Source of the DNA: Syntrophomonadaceae bacterium
Lineage (GTDB): Bacteria; Bacillota; Syntrophomonadia; Syntrophomonadales; Syntrophomonadaceae
Length of the DNA stretch: 64,000 nucleotides
Assembly (NCBI GenBank): GCA_040769385.1
Contig: JAXGLD010000003.1
Coordinates: 229,458-293,457, forward strand
Reading direction: 5' to 3'
Positions 1 through 9,540 of this stretch are shown one piece after another. The notes under the pieces were generated by a model that saw nothing but the letters and a program-made list of their open reading frames with translations, ran no database searches and had not been told where the DNA came from. The position numbers were made by a program, and so were the translations under genes. How positions within the stretch are numbered: the first letter of the stretch is position 1; each line of letters opens with the position of its first letter.

Positions 1-519
1 GCAGAGAAATTCAAGCGACCAGTGATCACGTTCATTAACACCCCCGGAGCTGATCCCGGCATTGGTGCCGAAGAACGAGGGCAGGCCTGGGCCATCTCCC
101 AATTGCTCCTATGCTTAAGCAACCTGCGGGTACCGGTGGTGTCGGTGATTACCGGGGAAGGAGGCAGCGGCGGGGCTCTGGCTCTGACTGTAGCCGACCG
201 GATTATAATGCTGTCCAATGCCGTTTTTTCAGTGGCCTCACCAGAAACCTGTGCTTCTATCCTGTTACGGGATGTGAAACGGGCAGACGTGATGGCGGAA
301 GCATTGAAACTGAATGCTCCGGCCTTAAAAGAGTTGGGCATAATAGACGCCATAGTCGAGGAACCGGCCAATGTAAACTTGCTTGAGGCGCCAGATTTCG
401 TTTCAGGATTAAGGTCCTGTATCAAGCAAAGCCTTGACGAGATTTGCGCTCTTCCCTTAGACGATTTGCTCCAGCAACGCTATCAGAGACTGAGGATAAT
501 TGGCAGGTTTAATCAGTAA
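1..519 (+). CDS. accA: acetyl-CoA carboxylase carboxyltransferase subunit alpha (3' part; 5' end lies outside the window)
   Basis: Frame is open from base 1. KFKRPVITFINTPGADPGIGAEERGQAWAI...VITGEGGSGGALAL is the AccA carboxyltransferase core. Stop at 517-519, with a hairpin terminator downstream. Confidence 0.9.
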   Translation, partial: AEKFKRPVITFINTPGADPGIGAEERGQAWAISQLLLCLSNLRVPVVSVITGEGGSGGALALTVADRIIMLSNAVFSVASPETCASILLRDVKRADVMAEALKLNAPALKELGIIDAIVEEPANVNLLEAPDFVSGLRSCIKQSLDEICALPLDDLLQQRYQRLRIIGRFNQ

Positions 520-600
520 GATCTTTGAGTGCGAAGAAAAATCAGCAGCAAGCCTGAAACCTCCAGCTTCAATGCGATTGGATACCCAAATGGAATATGA

Positions 601-633
601 GGGAGCGTACCGAGTGCGGTGGGCTCCCTTTTT
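601..633 (+). terminator. rho-independent terminator after accA
   Basis: GGGAGC (601-606) pairs with GCTCCC (623-628), followed by TTTTT. Confidence 0.6.
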
Positions 634-713
634 GGTGACAGGCGGTTTAATTAGACTTATAAATCCTGGTTATGCTAAAATGGTACACGAAATAAGGAGA
701 GGGTGGCGATTAA

Positions 714-1463
714 GTGCTTAAACTTGAAAACATACAGATGCAGGTTGACAATGACAGCGGCGAGAAAACCGAGATCTTAAAGGGGATCGATTGCCAGTTC
801 GAAAAGGGCAAGGTCTATGCGGTCACCGGCCCCAATGGCGGGGGGAAAACATCCATAGCCAAAGTGATAATGGGTATATACAGGCAAAGCCAGGGGCACA
901 TTTATCTGGATGGGGAGGAAATCAGCGACCTGAGTATAAGTGAAAGGGCCAAGAAGGGAATAGGCTATGCCTTCCAACAACCGCCCCGCTTCAAAGGACT
1001 ATCAATTCAGAATGTGCTGACCATTGCTGCCCCGCAAGCTGACCTGGTGAGAGTCAGATCCAGTCTTCGGGATGTAGGACTATGCCCTGAGGATTACCTG
1101 GACCGCGACCTGGGCGCCGGTCTCAGCGGAGGAGAGATCAAAAGGATCGAGATGGCTCAGTTGCTGCTCCGCAACCCGGTCATTAGCATATTCGATGAGC
1201 CGGAGGCCGGCGTGGATCTGTGGACCATTCAGAAATTATTGAGACTTATACTGTCGACTTATAAAAACAATCCCCGGAAAACGGCCATCATTATCACCCA
1301 TAATGAGAAGATCATCCCGGTATGTGATGAGATTATAGTAGTAGAGGGTGGAATGATTCAGGCCCAGGGTACCCCGGAGCAGGTTTGGAATCTGATCAAG
1401 GATGACATCGAATGTAAGGTACGCAATCAGTGCCAGGGGGAAATAAACTATGCAATTAACTAA
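714..1463 (+). CDS. SufC-like ABC ATPase of a minimal SUF-type Fe-S assembly pair
   Basis: GTG start behind AAGGAGAGGGTGG. Walker A GPNGGGKT, signature LSGGEIKR, Walker B IFDEPEAGVD. 249 aa, with a 14-nt overlap onto a SufB/D-family gene. Confidence 0.8.
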   Translation: MLKLENIQMQVDNDSGEKTEILKGIDCQFEKGKVYAVTGPNGGGKTSIAKVIMGIYRQSQGHIYLDGEEISDLSISERAKKGIGYAFQQPPRFKGLSIQNVLTIAAPQADLVRVRSSLRDVGLCPEDYLDRDLGAGLSGGEIKRIEMAQLLLRNPVISIFDEPEAGVDLWTIQKLLRLILSTYKNNPRKTAIIITHNEKIIPVCDEIIVVEGGMIQAQGTPEQVWNLIKDDIECKVRNQCQGEINYAIN

Positions 1464-2373
1464 GCTCGATATGGATATGCTGGCCGCGGTAGCCGATCTC
1501 AAGGAAGTGCCCCAGGGTGCGGTTAACATCCGGTTAAATGGAGCTGCGGTCATCAGACATTCTTCTCCCAATATATCAGTGGGGCCCAATCACGATGGCA
1601 GCGGTTTGCTGGTGGAGATAAAACCCGGGACACACAATGAAACCGTTCATGTTCCGGTGGTTCTGACCCAACCAGGATTGCAGGATAAGGTCTACAATAC
1701 CTTTATCGTCGGAGAAAATGCCGACGCCACCATTATAGCTGGATGTGGAATACATAACGACAGCCATGCCGAGTCTCGCCACGATGGTATCCATGAGGTC
1801 ATCGTGAGAGCCGGGGCCCGTCTCAAGTACATCGAGAAGCATTACGGGGAGGGAAGTGAGACCGGCAAACGGGTTTTAAATCCCTCGACACTGGTTACCG
1901 TCGAAGAAGGGGCCAGTGCGGAGATGGAGATGGTGCAGATCAAAGGCGTGAATGATACGGTGCGTTCAACCGTGGCTCATATTCATGCCCGCGGCAACCT
2001 TAAGATCATTGAAAGGCTGCTTACTCAAGGGGAGCAGAAGGCCGAATCGGACATTACCATTTATATGGAGGGACCGGGTGCATCCGCTCAGGTGTTGTCA
2101 AGGGCGGTAGCCCAGGGAGATTCCTATCAACTCTTCAAAGCTGCTTTGGTAGGCCAAGACGCCTGCATCGGCCATGTCGAATGTGATGCCATACTCATGG
2201 ACAGGGCCCGCATCAGGTCGGTGCCGGAAATTCAAGCCGAGGATGCTGAGGCGGTTCTGACCCATGAGGCAGCGATAGGAAAGATAGCTGGTGAACAGCT
2301 GGTTAAGCTGATGTCCTTGGGTTTAAGCGAGTCGGAAGCAGTCGATACCATATTGGAGGGTTTTCTAAGATGA
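1450..2373 (+). CDS. SufB/SufD-family Fe-S cluster assembly scaffold-like protein (short, 307 aa)
   Basis: The C-terminal region ...THEAAIGKIAGEQLVKLMSLGLSESEAVDTILEGFL is typical of SufB/SufD C-termini. Translationally overlapped with the upstream SufC-like ATPase. Confidence 0.75.
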   Translation: MQLTKLDMDMLAAVADLKEVPQGAVNIRLNGAAVIRHSSPNISVGPNHDGSGLLVEIKPGTHNETVHVPVVLTQPGLQDKVYNTFIVGENADATIIAGCGIHNDSHAESRHDGIHEVIVRAGARLKYIEKHYGEGSETGKRVLNPSTLVTVEEGASAEMEMVQIKGVNDTVRSTVAHIHARGNLKIIERLLTQGEQKAESDITIYMEGPGASAQVLSRAVAQGDSYQLFKAALVGQDACIGHVECDAILMDRARIRSVPEIQAEDAEAVLTHEAAIGKIAGEQLVKLMSLGLSESEAVDTILEGFLR

Positions 2374-3290
2374 ACTTGAATTTGTTCAAGACCTACGTTC
2401 GGGTGGTGGAATCTCAAAATCTGTCCAAGACGGCTGAAGATTTCGGCATATCCCAACCAGCCGTCACCAAACAGATACAGAGTCTGGAGGACATATTCGG
2501 GGTACTGTTGCTGGAGAGGTCGGGACGTAAATTGAAGCCGACCGAGGCTGGGGAGATTTTGTACAGCTACGCCAAAGAAGTAATAAAAGCAGTCGAGAAG
2601 ACCGAAAGAGCAATGGAAGAGCTGTCGGACAGCCGCCGGGGAAGTCTCTATCTGGGAGCCAGTACCATACCGGGTCAGTACATATTGCCCTATCTGATCA
2701 AATTGTATAAAGACAAGTTCACTACTATCAGCATAAGTATGGACATTGCTGACACTGAAAAAATATTCAATCGAATCGGGGAGCGGGAGCTGGACATCGG
2801 CATCGTCGGTGGTTGGGTCAACAATCGTAAGGTGGATGGGTTTCCCTGGTTGGAGGATGAATTGGTAGTAGTGGTGCCGGCGCACCATAAATTGGCCGTC
2901 TACCAGGAGATCAAATTAAAAAACCTGCTCAATGAGAGATGGATATTTCGTGAAAAAGGGTCCGGTACCCGCAAGGCGCTGGAAAGCCTAATGGCGGTCA
3001 ATGATATCCGTAGGGAAGACCTTAATGTGTATATGGAGGCCGGCAGCACTGAAGCAGTTCTAGCCATGGTGGAGTCAGGCGTTGGCATCTCGGTGGTTTC
3101 CCGCTGGGCTATCAAACGCATCGAGATGCGCAATATGAAAGCCATAACCTTGGATGAGGTGGATGCCAAACGACTATTCTACGTAATCTATCCTCGTCAG
3201 AAGGTGCGCCGCAAGTCGGTCAACAACTTCCTGGATTATCTTAAAACCCTGAAGGATTCTACCGAAGCCATGATATCAGCCAAGCAATAA
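2370..3290 (+). CDS. LysR-family transcriptional regulator
   Basis: N-terminal HTH LSKTAEDFGISQPAVTKQIQSLE plus a LysR substrate-binding domain. ATGA start/stop overlap with the upstream gene. Confidence 0.85.
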   Translation: MNLNLFKTYVRVVESQNLSKTAEDFGISQPAVTKQIQSLEDIFGVLLLERSGRKLKPTEAGEILYSYAKEVIKAVEKTERAMEELSDSRRGSLYLGASTIPGQYILPYLIKLYKDKFTTISISMDIADTEKIFNRIGERELDIGIVGGWVNNRKVDGFPWLEDELVVVVPAHHKLAVYQEIKLKNLLNERWIFREKGSGTRKALESLMAVNDIRREDLNVYMEAGSTEAVLAMVESGVGISVVSRWAIKRIEMRNMKAITLDEVDAKRLFYVIYPRQKVRRKSVNNFLDYLKTLKDSTEAMISAKQ

Positions 3291-3403
3291 TCCGGGGGGA
3301 ATCAGCTGCCGATAGCGAAAAATATTTAACAATCAGTATATTTTTGAACCCTATCTATATATAATGGTTCTGTTGCGCTGAAAAAAGAACTGGAGGTGTT
3401 CCC

Positions 3404-3862
3404 GTGTTGCCTTTGCCTAAAAAGTATTTTGTTACTGCAGCGTCGTCAGAAGGAGAGACATCGCTTACTGCTTTCGATGGAGCTTTACTGAGAGCTGGGG
3501 TTGGCAATACCAACCTGCTCAAAGTCAGCAGTATACTACCCCCGGATTGTGAATTCGACCCCGATTTGACCATACCTTCCGGATCCTTGCTGCCCATAGC
3601 CTATGGTTATATAACCAGTTCCGAACCGGGCGACATTATATCCGCAGCGGTAGCAGTAGGGATCAAACGTAATTCCTTTGGCGTCATCATGGAGTTTTCC
3701 GGTAAATGCAGCAAGAAAGAAGCTGAACAACGGGTGACCCGGATGGTAGAAGAAGCTTTTGAAATGCGCGGACTGGAGTTACAGGAAGTAAAAGTCGCCT
3801 CTACTGAACATGTAGTAGAGCACATAGGTTGTGCATTCGCCGCTGTGCCGCTATGGTATTAG
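3404..3862 (+). CDS. pdaD: pyruvoyl-dependent arginine decarboxylase
   Basis: 152 aa. TNLLKVSSILPP carries the Ser-Ser self-processing site of the PdaD/AaxB family. GGAGGTG lies 6 nt upstream of the GTG start. Confidence 0.8.
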   Translation: MLPLPKKYFVTAASSEGETSLTAFDGALLRAGVGNTNLLKVSSILPPDCEFDPDLTIPSGSLLPIAYGYITSSEPGDIISAAVAVGIKRNSFGVIMEFSGKCSKKEAEQRVTRMVEEAFEMRGLELQEVKVASTEHVVEHIGCAFAAVPLWY

Positions 3863-3948
3863 TCCGGATCTCCAACCGGAGCCGCCGTCGCAACTGATTG
3901 CTCGACCGGCAGTCTGTCGGCACGAAACAATTTATAGGAGGAAAGCGG

Positions 3949-4785
3949 ATGGATCTTTGGATTACCGAGTACCAAACTCCTGCTTTAGGATTTAGCTGCA
4001 AGATAAACAGCACGTTGAAGGTCGAACAAACCCCTTATCAGCATCTCGCTGTGGTAGATACCCAGCAGTTTGGGCGTATGCTGCTGCTGGACGGAATGGT
4101 CATGACTACTGATGTCGACGAATACGTTTATCACGAAATGATAATAAACGTGGCCCTGAATTCCCACCCCAACCCGGAAAATGTGCTGATAATCGGGGGT
4201 GGGGACGGAGGCGCCCTACGAGAGGCTGTCCGCCATCCGTTGGTGAAAAAGGCTACCCTGGTGGAGATCGATGCCCAGGTAATCGAAGCTTCTCGGGAGT
4301 TCTTCCCGCAGATGTCCTGTGCTTTCGAAAACCCCAAAGCCCAGGTTATTGTTGAAGACGGAGTCAAATATGTCAAGGACCATGTCGATGAGTTCGACAT
4401 CATTGTAGTCGACTCCACCGAACCGGTGGGGCCTGCCATTGCTTTATTCAGTTCCGAATTTTACAAGGCATGTGCAGGGGCTCTGCAGGAGGATGGGATG
4501 TTGGTAGTCCAGAGCGAGTCGCCCTTTTTCAATCGCAATGTCATAGAAATGGCCTATACTGGCATCAGCGAACATTTCCCGCTGGCCAAATTATATCTGG
4601 CCAGCATCCCCACTTATCCCAGTGGTTTGTGGAGCTTTACCATCGGGTCGAAGCGGTATGACCCCGAATGCCCGTTATGCGCTGACTACGCATTGAAGTA
4701 TTACAATCCTGAGGTGCACCGGGCTGCTTTCGTGCTGCCAGAGATGACGCGAGAGATTTTGGCTGGAATAGGTAGTGGCAGGTAA
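3949..4785 (+). CDS. speE: spermidine synthase family aminopropyltransferase
   Basis: ATG 3949 is preceded by AGGAGG; the track ORF starts further upstream at 3898. MDLWITEY N-terminus, GGGDGG SAM-binding motif, VDSTEPVGPA. Confidence 0.85.
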   Translation: MDLWITEYQTPALGFSCKINSTLKVEQTPYQHLAVVDTQQFGRMLLLDGMVMTTDVDEYVYHEMIINVALNSHPNPENVLIIGGGDGGALREAVRHPLVKKATLVEIDAQVIEASREFFPQMSCAFENPKAQVIVEDGVKYVKDHVDEFDIIVVDSTEPVGPAIALFSSEFYKACAGALQEDGMLVVQSESPFFNRNVIEMAYTGISEHFPLAKLYLASIPTYPSGLWSFTIGSKRYDPECPLCADYALKYYNPEVHRAAFVLPEMTREILAGIGSGR

Positions 4786-4815
4786 GACTGGTCCGCCTGG
4801 CCTATACGTCTGACA

Positions 4816-4870
4816 TAAAAAGAGGCTGCTCCTCAGTCCGATTCGGATTGTGGGGCAGCCTCTTGTTTTC
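4816..4870. terminator. bidirectional hairpin terminator between convergent speE and rubrerythrin
   Basis: AAAAAGAGGCTGC ... GCAGCCTCTTGTTTTC: A-run, 9-bp stem, T-run. Confidence 0.65.
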
Positions 4871-4883
4871 TTAAGAGTAATCC

Positions 4884-5423
4884 CTAGTAGTTCTCCGCCA
4901 GCACTTCGTAGTAAGCACGGGGATGGGCGCAAGCCGGACATACCTCCGGGGGCTCCACTCCCTCATGGACGTATCCGCAGTTGCGGCATTTCCATTTCAC
5001 CGGACTGGGGCGGCGGAAGACGGTGTCGCGTTTAATATTGTCCAACAGCTTCCGGTATCTCTTTTCGTGTTCTTCTTCTACCTCGGCGATCTCTTTGAAA
5101 ATATCGGCGATTTCTACGAATCCTTCCTCCCGGGCTACCTTTTCCATCTCCGCATAGATAACCGTGTGCTCTTCGTTTTCACCCAGGGCTGCAGTCAGCA
5201 GGTTTTCTTCGGTGGGGTGAACATAGCCGCCCATCAGCAGTTTATAGAACCTTTTGGCGTGTTCCTTCTCATTTAATGCCGTTTCTTCAAAAATACCCGC
5301 CATTTGCTCGTAGCCATCCTTCTTGGCCTGACTGGCAAAGAAGTCATACTTGTTGCGGGCTTGTGATTCTCCGGCAAAGGCTTTCCACAGATTTTCTTCG
5401 GTACGGGAACCCTTTAAATCCAT
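4884..5423 (-). CDS. rbr: rubrerythrin
   Basis: Diiron ferritin-like domain (EKEHAKRF, EEEHEKRY) plus C-terminal rubredoxin CRNCG...CPAC. Start placed at ATG 5423 behind GGAGGAG. Confidence 0.9.
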   Translation of the reverse strand: MDLKGSRTEENLWKAFAGESQARNKYDFFASQAKKDGYEQMAGIFEETALNEKEHAKRFYKLLMGGYVHPTEENLLTAALGENEEHTVIYAEMEKVAREEGFVEIADIFKEIAEVEEEHEKRYRKLLDNIKRDTVFRRPSPVKWKCRNCGYVHEGVEPPEVCPACAHPRAYYEVLAENY

Positions 5424-5476
5424 TCCGATCTCCTCCTCTTCCACCATTGTTTGTAATCATACGGTATAACAGTATT

Positions 5477-5914
5477 CTATCTCACCATGGTATAGGGGTA
5501 AACCCAGATCAAGTTGCTGCCGGCAGGACGTTTGAAAATGGTCAGCCGCGTCAGCAAGTCGCTTATGACTTCGATTGTTTCCTCCTGGTCTGCATCACCG
5601 GATTCCGGCAGCACCAGTTCAAATACCGCCACGGGTATCTCCGACCAATTCAGCAGACGCAGCTCCTGCAGGCCTTCGTCTAAAAATTCCAGCTCCTCTA
5701 TAGGCACCGAAAACGGCGTCTGATCTCTGAGCTTAATGTGTTCCTCCAGCATGTCGATGAACTTCTGCAGTTTCTCTTCCTGGTCTTTGCTCAAAATATA
5801 CTGGAATAAGGCGTCATAGAGATTCTGGGTCAGCCTGAACGGGGTTAGGGGAGGCAGCATAAGGTGGCGTTCTTCTCTCACGAACTTAAGGTCAAAACCG
5901 ACAGGTGCAGACAT
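5477..5914 (-). CDS. hypothetical protein (145 aa, acidic, helical)
   Basis: Clean ORF with AAGGAG upstream of ATG 5914, co-oriented with rubrerythrin. No motif recognised. Confidence 0.55.
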   Translation of the reverse strand: MSAPVGFDLKFVREERHLMLPPLTPFRLTQNLYDALFQYILSKDQEEKLQKFIDMLEEHIKLRDQTPFSVPIEELEFLDEGLQELRLLNWSEIPVAVFELVLPESGDADQEETIEVISDLLTRLTIFKRPAGSNLIWVYPYTMVR

Positions 5915-6081
5915 TGCGTTTTCACTCCTTGTGATAATTCTGGCCTATATATATTAAGATTATCGCAAATGTGAGCTCGATTGACAATTATACACCTACC
6001 AACTGCCTCATCGGCTTCGTCTTTTACTGTCCATGGTGTTGTGCTAGAATAGTTTAGAACATTTGCGGGCAGGTATTATGC

Positions 6082-6738
6082 ATGAAGATAGCTATCGACG
6101 GTCCCGCCGGAGCCGGCAAGAGCACTCTGGCCCGAGCCCTGGCTTCCAGACTGGGCTACATATATATAGATACCGGCGCCATGTACCGGGCCTTGGCTTG
6201 GAAAGCTCTGCAGGCCGGCCTTGATCTGAATGACGCCACAGCCTTGTCCACGCTGGCTGCAGGCCTCGATCTGACCTTTGACAAACAGGAAGGTGAGCAG
6301 CGCCTGATTTGCCAGGGGGAGGATATCACCGGTATTATTCGTTCCCCCCAGATCAGCGCGGTTGTTTCACAAGTGGCTGCCCATCCCCAGGTGCGTAACA
6401 TTATGGTCCGCAAACAGCAGCAGATGGCCAGTGCCGGCCGGGTGGTAATGGACGGTCGGGATATCGGTGAACAGGTGCTGCCCGATGCCGATTTCAAGTT
6501 TTTTGTTACCGCCGATCTGCAAGAGAGGGTCCAACGGCGATTGAGGGAAATGGAAAGCCGTGGTTACCAAGTCGACAGTGAGGCAATTCTTCATGATATG
6601 CGCAACCGTGATCTGATGGATTCGGCTCGGTCGGTGGGTGCCCTTAAAATCCTGCCGGACTCAATTGTTATCGATACCTCTGCCTACAATGCCGATGAAG
6701 TGCTGGCCCAAATACTGTTTCTTATCGGAGAGGCCTAG
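6082..6738 (+). CDS. cmk: cytidylate kinase
   Basis: P-loop GPAGAGKST, IDTGAMYRA, 218 aa. Confidence 0.92.
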   Translation: MKIAIDGPAGAGKSTLARALASRLGYIYIDTGAMYRALAWKALQAGLDLNDATALSTLAAGLDLTFDKQEGEQRLICQGEDITGIIRSPQISAVVSQVAAHPQVRNIMVRKQQQMASAGRVVMDGRDIGEQVLPDADFKFFVTADLQERVQRRLREMESRGYQVDSEAILHDMRNRDLMDSARSVGALKILPDSIVIDTSAYNADEVLAQILFLIGEA

Positions 6739-7329
6739 ATGCTCTACTCCGTCATCAGATTCATCGCCCGCATAATATTCTTGGGCCTAGGTTTAAGAAT
6801 TGAAGGCATGGACAATATCCCTTCATCCGGTCCGGTGATTATCGCCCCCAACCATGTGAGCAATTGGGACCCGATTGTCGTGGGGGCGGCGATAAAGAGG
6901 CCCATATGTTTTATGGGCAAGGCCTCGCTTTTTAAATACCGCCTATCCGATTATTTTTTTCGCAAGATGAATGCTTTCCCGGTCCACAAGGAGTATGCCG
7001 ACCGGCAGGCTATCCGGCGTGCTTTGCAGGTACTTGAAGAAGGGAAGGTGCTGGGTATTTTTCCGCAGGGAGTCCGTAACCGGAGCGGAGAGGCCAAGGC
7101 TCAGTCCGGAATGGTATTGATCGCCTTGAAATCAGGGGCGCCCATAATACCAGTAGCATGTATAGGCACTGGACACAATCTCCCTTGTGGTTGGTGCCGG
7201 CGGTTAATCGTAAGAGCCGGCAAGCCCATTCGTCTGGACCAGTATAAGGGCCAGAGGATAGGTTCTGCCGGGATGGAAAAGATAAGTGAAGATATTATGA
7301 ACAAAATCAACGACCTTCTGGTAGAATAG
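6739..7329 (+). CDS. plsC: 1-acyl-sn-glycerol-3-phosphate acyltransferase
   Basis: HX4D motif NHVSNWDP and GIFPQG block. The ATG abuts the cmk stop (TAGATG). Confidence 0.85.
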   Translation: MLYSVIRFIARIIFLGLGLRIEGMDNIPSSGPVIIAPNHVSNWDPIVVGAAIKRPICFMGKASLFKYRLSDYFFRKMNAFPVHKEYADRQAIRRALQVLEEGKVLGIFPQGVRNRSGEAKAQSGMVLIALKSGAPIIPVACIGTGHNLPCGWCRRLIVRAGKPIRLDQYKGQRIGSAGMEKISEDIMNKINDLLVE

Positions 7330-7387
7330 AGAAGTACTTTATTTTAATTCAAGGAAATTAATAGAACCATCTTCGGGGTGTAGTGAT

Positions 7388-9520
7388 TTGCAGACCATAC
7401 TGGCTAATAAAGCAGGGTTTTGCGCCGGGGTCAGGAGAGCCTTTAAAATGACAGAGGAGGCTGGCCAGGATGACAACTGCTGGTGTACCCTGGGCCCACT
7501 GGTTCACAACGACGAGGTGGTGCGCTATTTTGAGAGCCGGGGCATATTCCCGGTGGATAATCTGGAGGGAATAGGCGCCGACGGAATAATCATCAGAACC
7601 CATGGAGTCCCGCCCGAAGTATTGAATCAAGCCAGAGAGATGAATCTTGAGGTCAAAGATGCTACTTGCCCACTGGTGCGCAAGGTTCATGAAGCGGCGC
7701 AATTACTAATCCAAGAGGATTATGATATAATAATTTTTGGAGATCCAGAGCACCCAGAGGTCAAAGGAATACTGGGTTTTTGCCAGGGACGAGCCACGGT
7801 GGTCAGCAATGCCCAACAGGCCTGTCAATGGGTAGGAACATCCAAGAAACTGGGCGTAATATCACAGACTACCAAAGACGAACATCAGTTTTACGAAATG
7901 GCCGCTATATTACTGCCCTTTGCCCCCGAAGTGAGAGTGATAAACACAATATGTCAAGCAACCCGCCAAAGGCAGGAAGCAGCCCGAGAATTGGCCCGCA
8001 GGGTAGATCTGATGCTGATCATTGGCGATCAGAACAGTTCAAATACCAAAACCCTGACCCAGGAGTGTCAGAAGACTGGAGTGCGAACCTGGCAGATACA
8101 GTCCGCTGCTGATATAGACCCGGATTCCCTGGCAGATGCAGCTGTAGTAGGCATAACTGCAGGGGCTTCCACCCCGGACTGGATTATTAAGGAGGTATTG
8201 GATAGGATGACGGAGTTTGGCGACGGTGCTCCCCAGGAGCAACAAGAGGTAATGCCGGTTATGGAGACTGAGAGCAGAGAAAACGGGGAAAATGCCAAGG
8301 AAGAGAATTTCGCCCGCATGGAAGCCGAAATGGCTGACCTGGCTATTCCAAACAAAGGGGATATCGTAACAGGGAAGGTTATCCAGGTCCTGGACGATGA
8401 GGTCATGGTTGATGTAGGCGGCAAGTCTGAAGGTATAATCCCACTGCGCGAGTTGTCCGCAAAAGATGTTAATTCAGCCAAAGAATTGGTTAAGATAGGT
8501 GACGAGCTGGAAGTACTGGTTTTACGATGGGACGATGATGGCACCATTTTGCTTTCCAAAAAGAAAGTGGATTCGAAGCGGGCCATGGATAAACTGGAAG
8601 AGGATTTCAATCAAGAGCGCCAGGTAGAAGGTACGGTTACCGGCAGTGTCAAGGGCGGTCTGCTCGTTGACGTAGGGGTCGTAGCATTCTTGCCGGCATC
8701 CCATGTAGAAGACGGTTATGTTAAGAATCTGGACGATTACGTCGGTAAAACCTTCAATTTTAACATTATCGAGTTCAATCGCCATAAGAAGCGGGGTTCG
8801 CAGATCGTAGTGTCCCGCAAGAAACTGGTGGAAGAGGAACGGGCACGCCAGAAGGAAGAATTCTGGGCCAATATCGAGGAAGGACAGACGGTAAAAGGCC
8901 GGATCAAGCGTATTGTTGATTACGGGGTCTTTGTCGATTTGGGTGGATTTGAGGGACTGCTGCATGTGTCGGAAATGGATCATGTACGGATAAGCCACCC
9001 TGCCGATGTGGTAAAAGAGGGCGAAGAAATCGATGTATATATCATGGCTCTGGACCGAGAAAAGCAGAGAGTCTCGCTCAGCCGAAAGAAACTTCTGAAG
9101 AGTCCTTGGGAAATGGTGGTGGAAAAATACCAGGAAGGCGACGTCATAGACGGGACTGTGGTCAGAATAGCTCCGTTCGGTGCTTTTGTGGAGATTCAGC
9201 CTGGTGTGGATGGATTGGTCCACATCTCCCAGTTGGCTAATCGGAGGGTAGAAAAGCCGCAGGACGTCGTTAGTGTCAACCAACCGGTTAAGGTGAAGAT
9301 CCTCAGCATCGATCCCCAGGAGAAACGAATCGGCCTTTCGATTCGCGAGGTGGCACAGGATTTGGAAGAGGCCGAGGTAAGAGAGTATCTGGACCAACAA
9401 GAAACGGAGCCCGCCGCCGAGCAGGCGGAAGGCGTCAGCCAACCTGAAGCAGCGGAACCAGCCGAACCGGTTGAAGTGATCAGCCAAATCGAAGAAACGG
9501 ACTCGGCCGAGCAAGAATAG
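7388..9520 (+). CDS. ispH: bifunctional 4-hydroxy-3-methylbut-2-enyl diphosphate reductase / ribosomal protein S1-like fusion
   Basis: One 710-codon frame. The N-terminal ~280 aa are IspH/LytB (ANKAGFCAGVRRA...). An acidic linker follows, then four S1 OB repeats (GDIVTGKV, VEGTVTGSV, GQTVKGRIKRIV, GDVIDGTVVRIA) and an acidic tail. Confidence 0.9.
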   Translation: MQTILANKAGFCAGVRRAFKMTEEAGQDDNCWCTLGPLVHNDEVVRYFESRGIFPVDNLEGIGADGIIIRTHGVPPEVLNQAREMNLEVKDATCPLVRKVHEAAQLLIQEDYDIIIFGDPEHPEVKGILGFCQGRATVVSNAQQACQWVGTSKKLGVISQTTKDEHQFYEMAAILLPFAPEVRVINTICQATRQRQEAARELARRVDLMLIIGDQNSSNTKTLTQECQKTGVRTWQIQSAADIDPDSLADAAVVGITAGASTPDWIIKEVLDRMTEFGDGAPQEQQEVMPVMETESRENGENAKEENFARMEAEMADLAIPNKGDIVTGKVIQVLDDEVMVDVGGKSEGIIPLRELSAKDVNSAKELVKIGDELEVLVLRWDDDGTILLSKKKVDSKRAMDKLEEDFNQERQVEGTVTGSVKGGLLVDVGVVAFLPASHVEDGYVKNLDDYVGKTFNFNIIEFNRHKKRGSQIVVSRKKLVEEERARQKEEFWANIEEGQTVKGRIKRIVDYGVFVDLGGFEGLLHVSEMDHVRISHPADVVKEGEEIDVYIMALDREKQRVSLSRKKLLKSPWEMVVEKYQEGDVIDGTVVRIAPFGAFVEIQPGVDGLVHISQLANRRVEKPQDVVSVNQPVKVKILSIDPQEKRIGLSIREVAQDLEEAEVREYLDQQETEPAAEQAEGVSQPEAAEPAEPVEVISQIEETDSAEQE

Positions 9521-9540
9521 CTTAATCAGGAGGAGAGCCG

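Noticed and set aside
2232-2888. 218-aa minus-strand ORF across the sufBD/lysR junction.
   Set aside because: It is antisense to two overlapping, well-supported plus-strand genes, a shadow frame.
8522-9514. 330-aa ORF on the minus strand.
   Set aside because: It lies entirely antisense to the S1 repeats of the ispH-S1 fusion. The composition is low-complexity, there is no RBS, and the plus-strand gene has unmistakable homology. It is a mirror-frame artefact.
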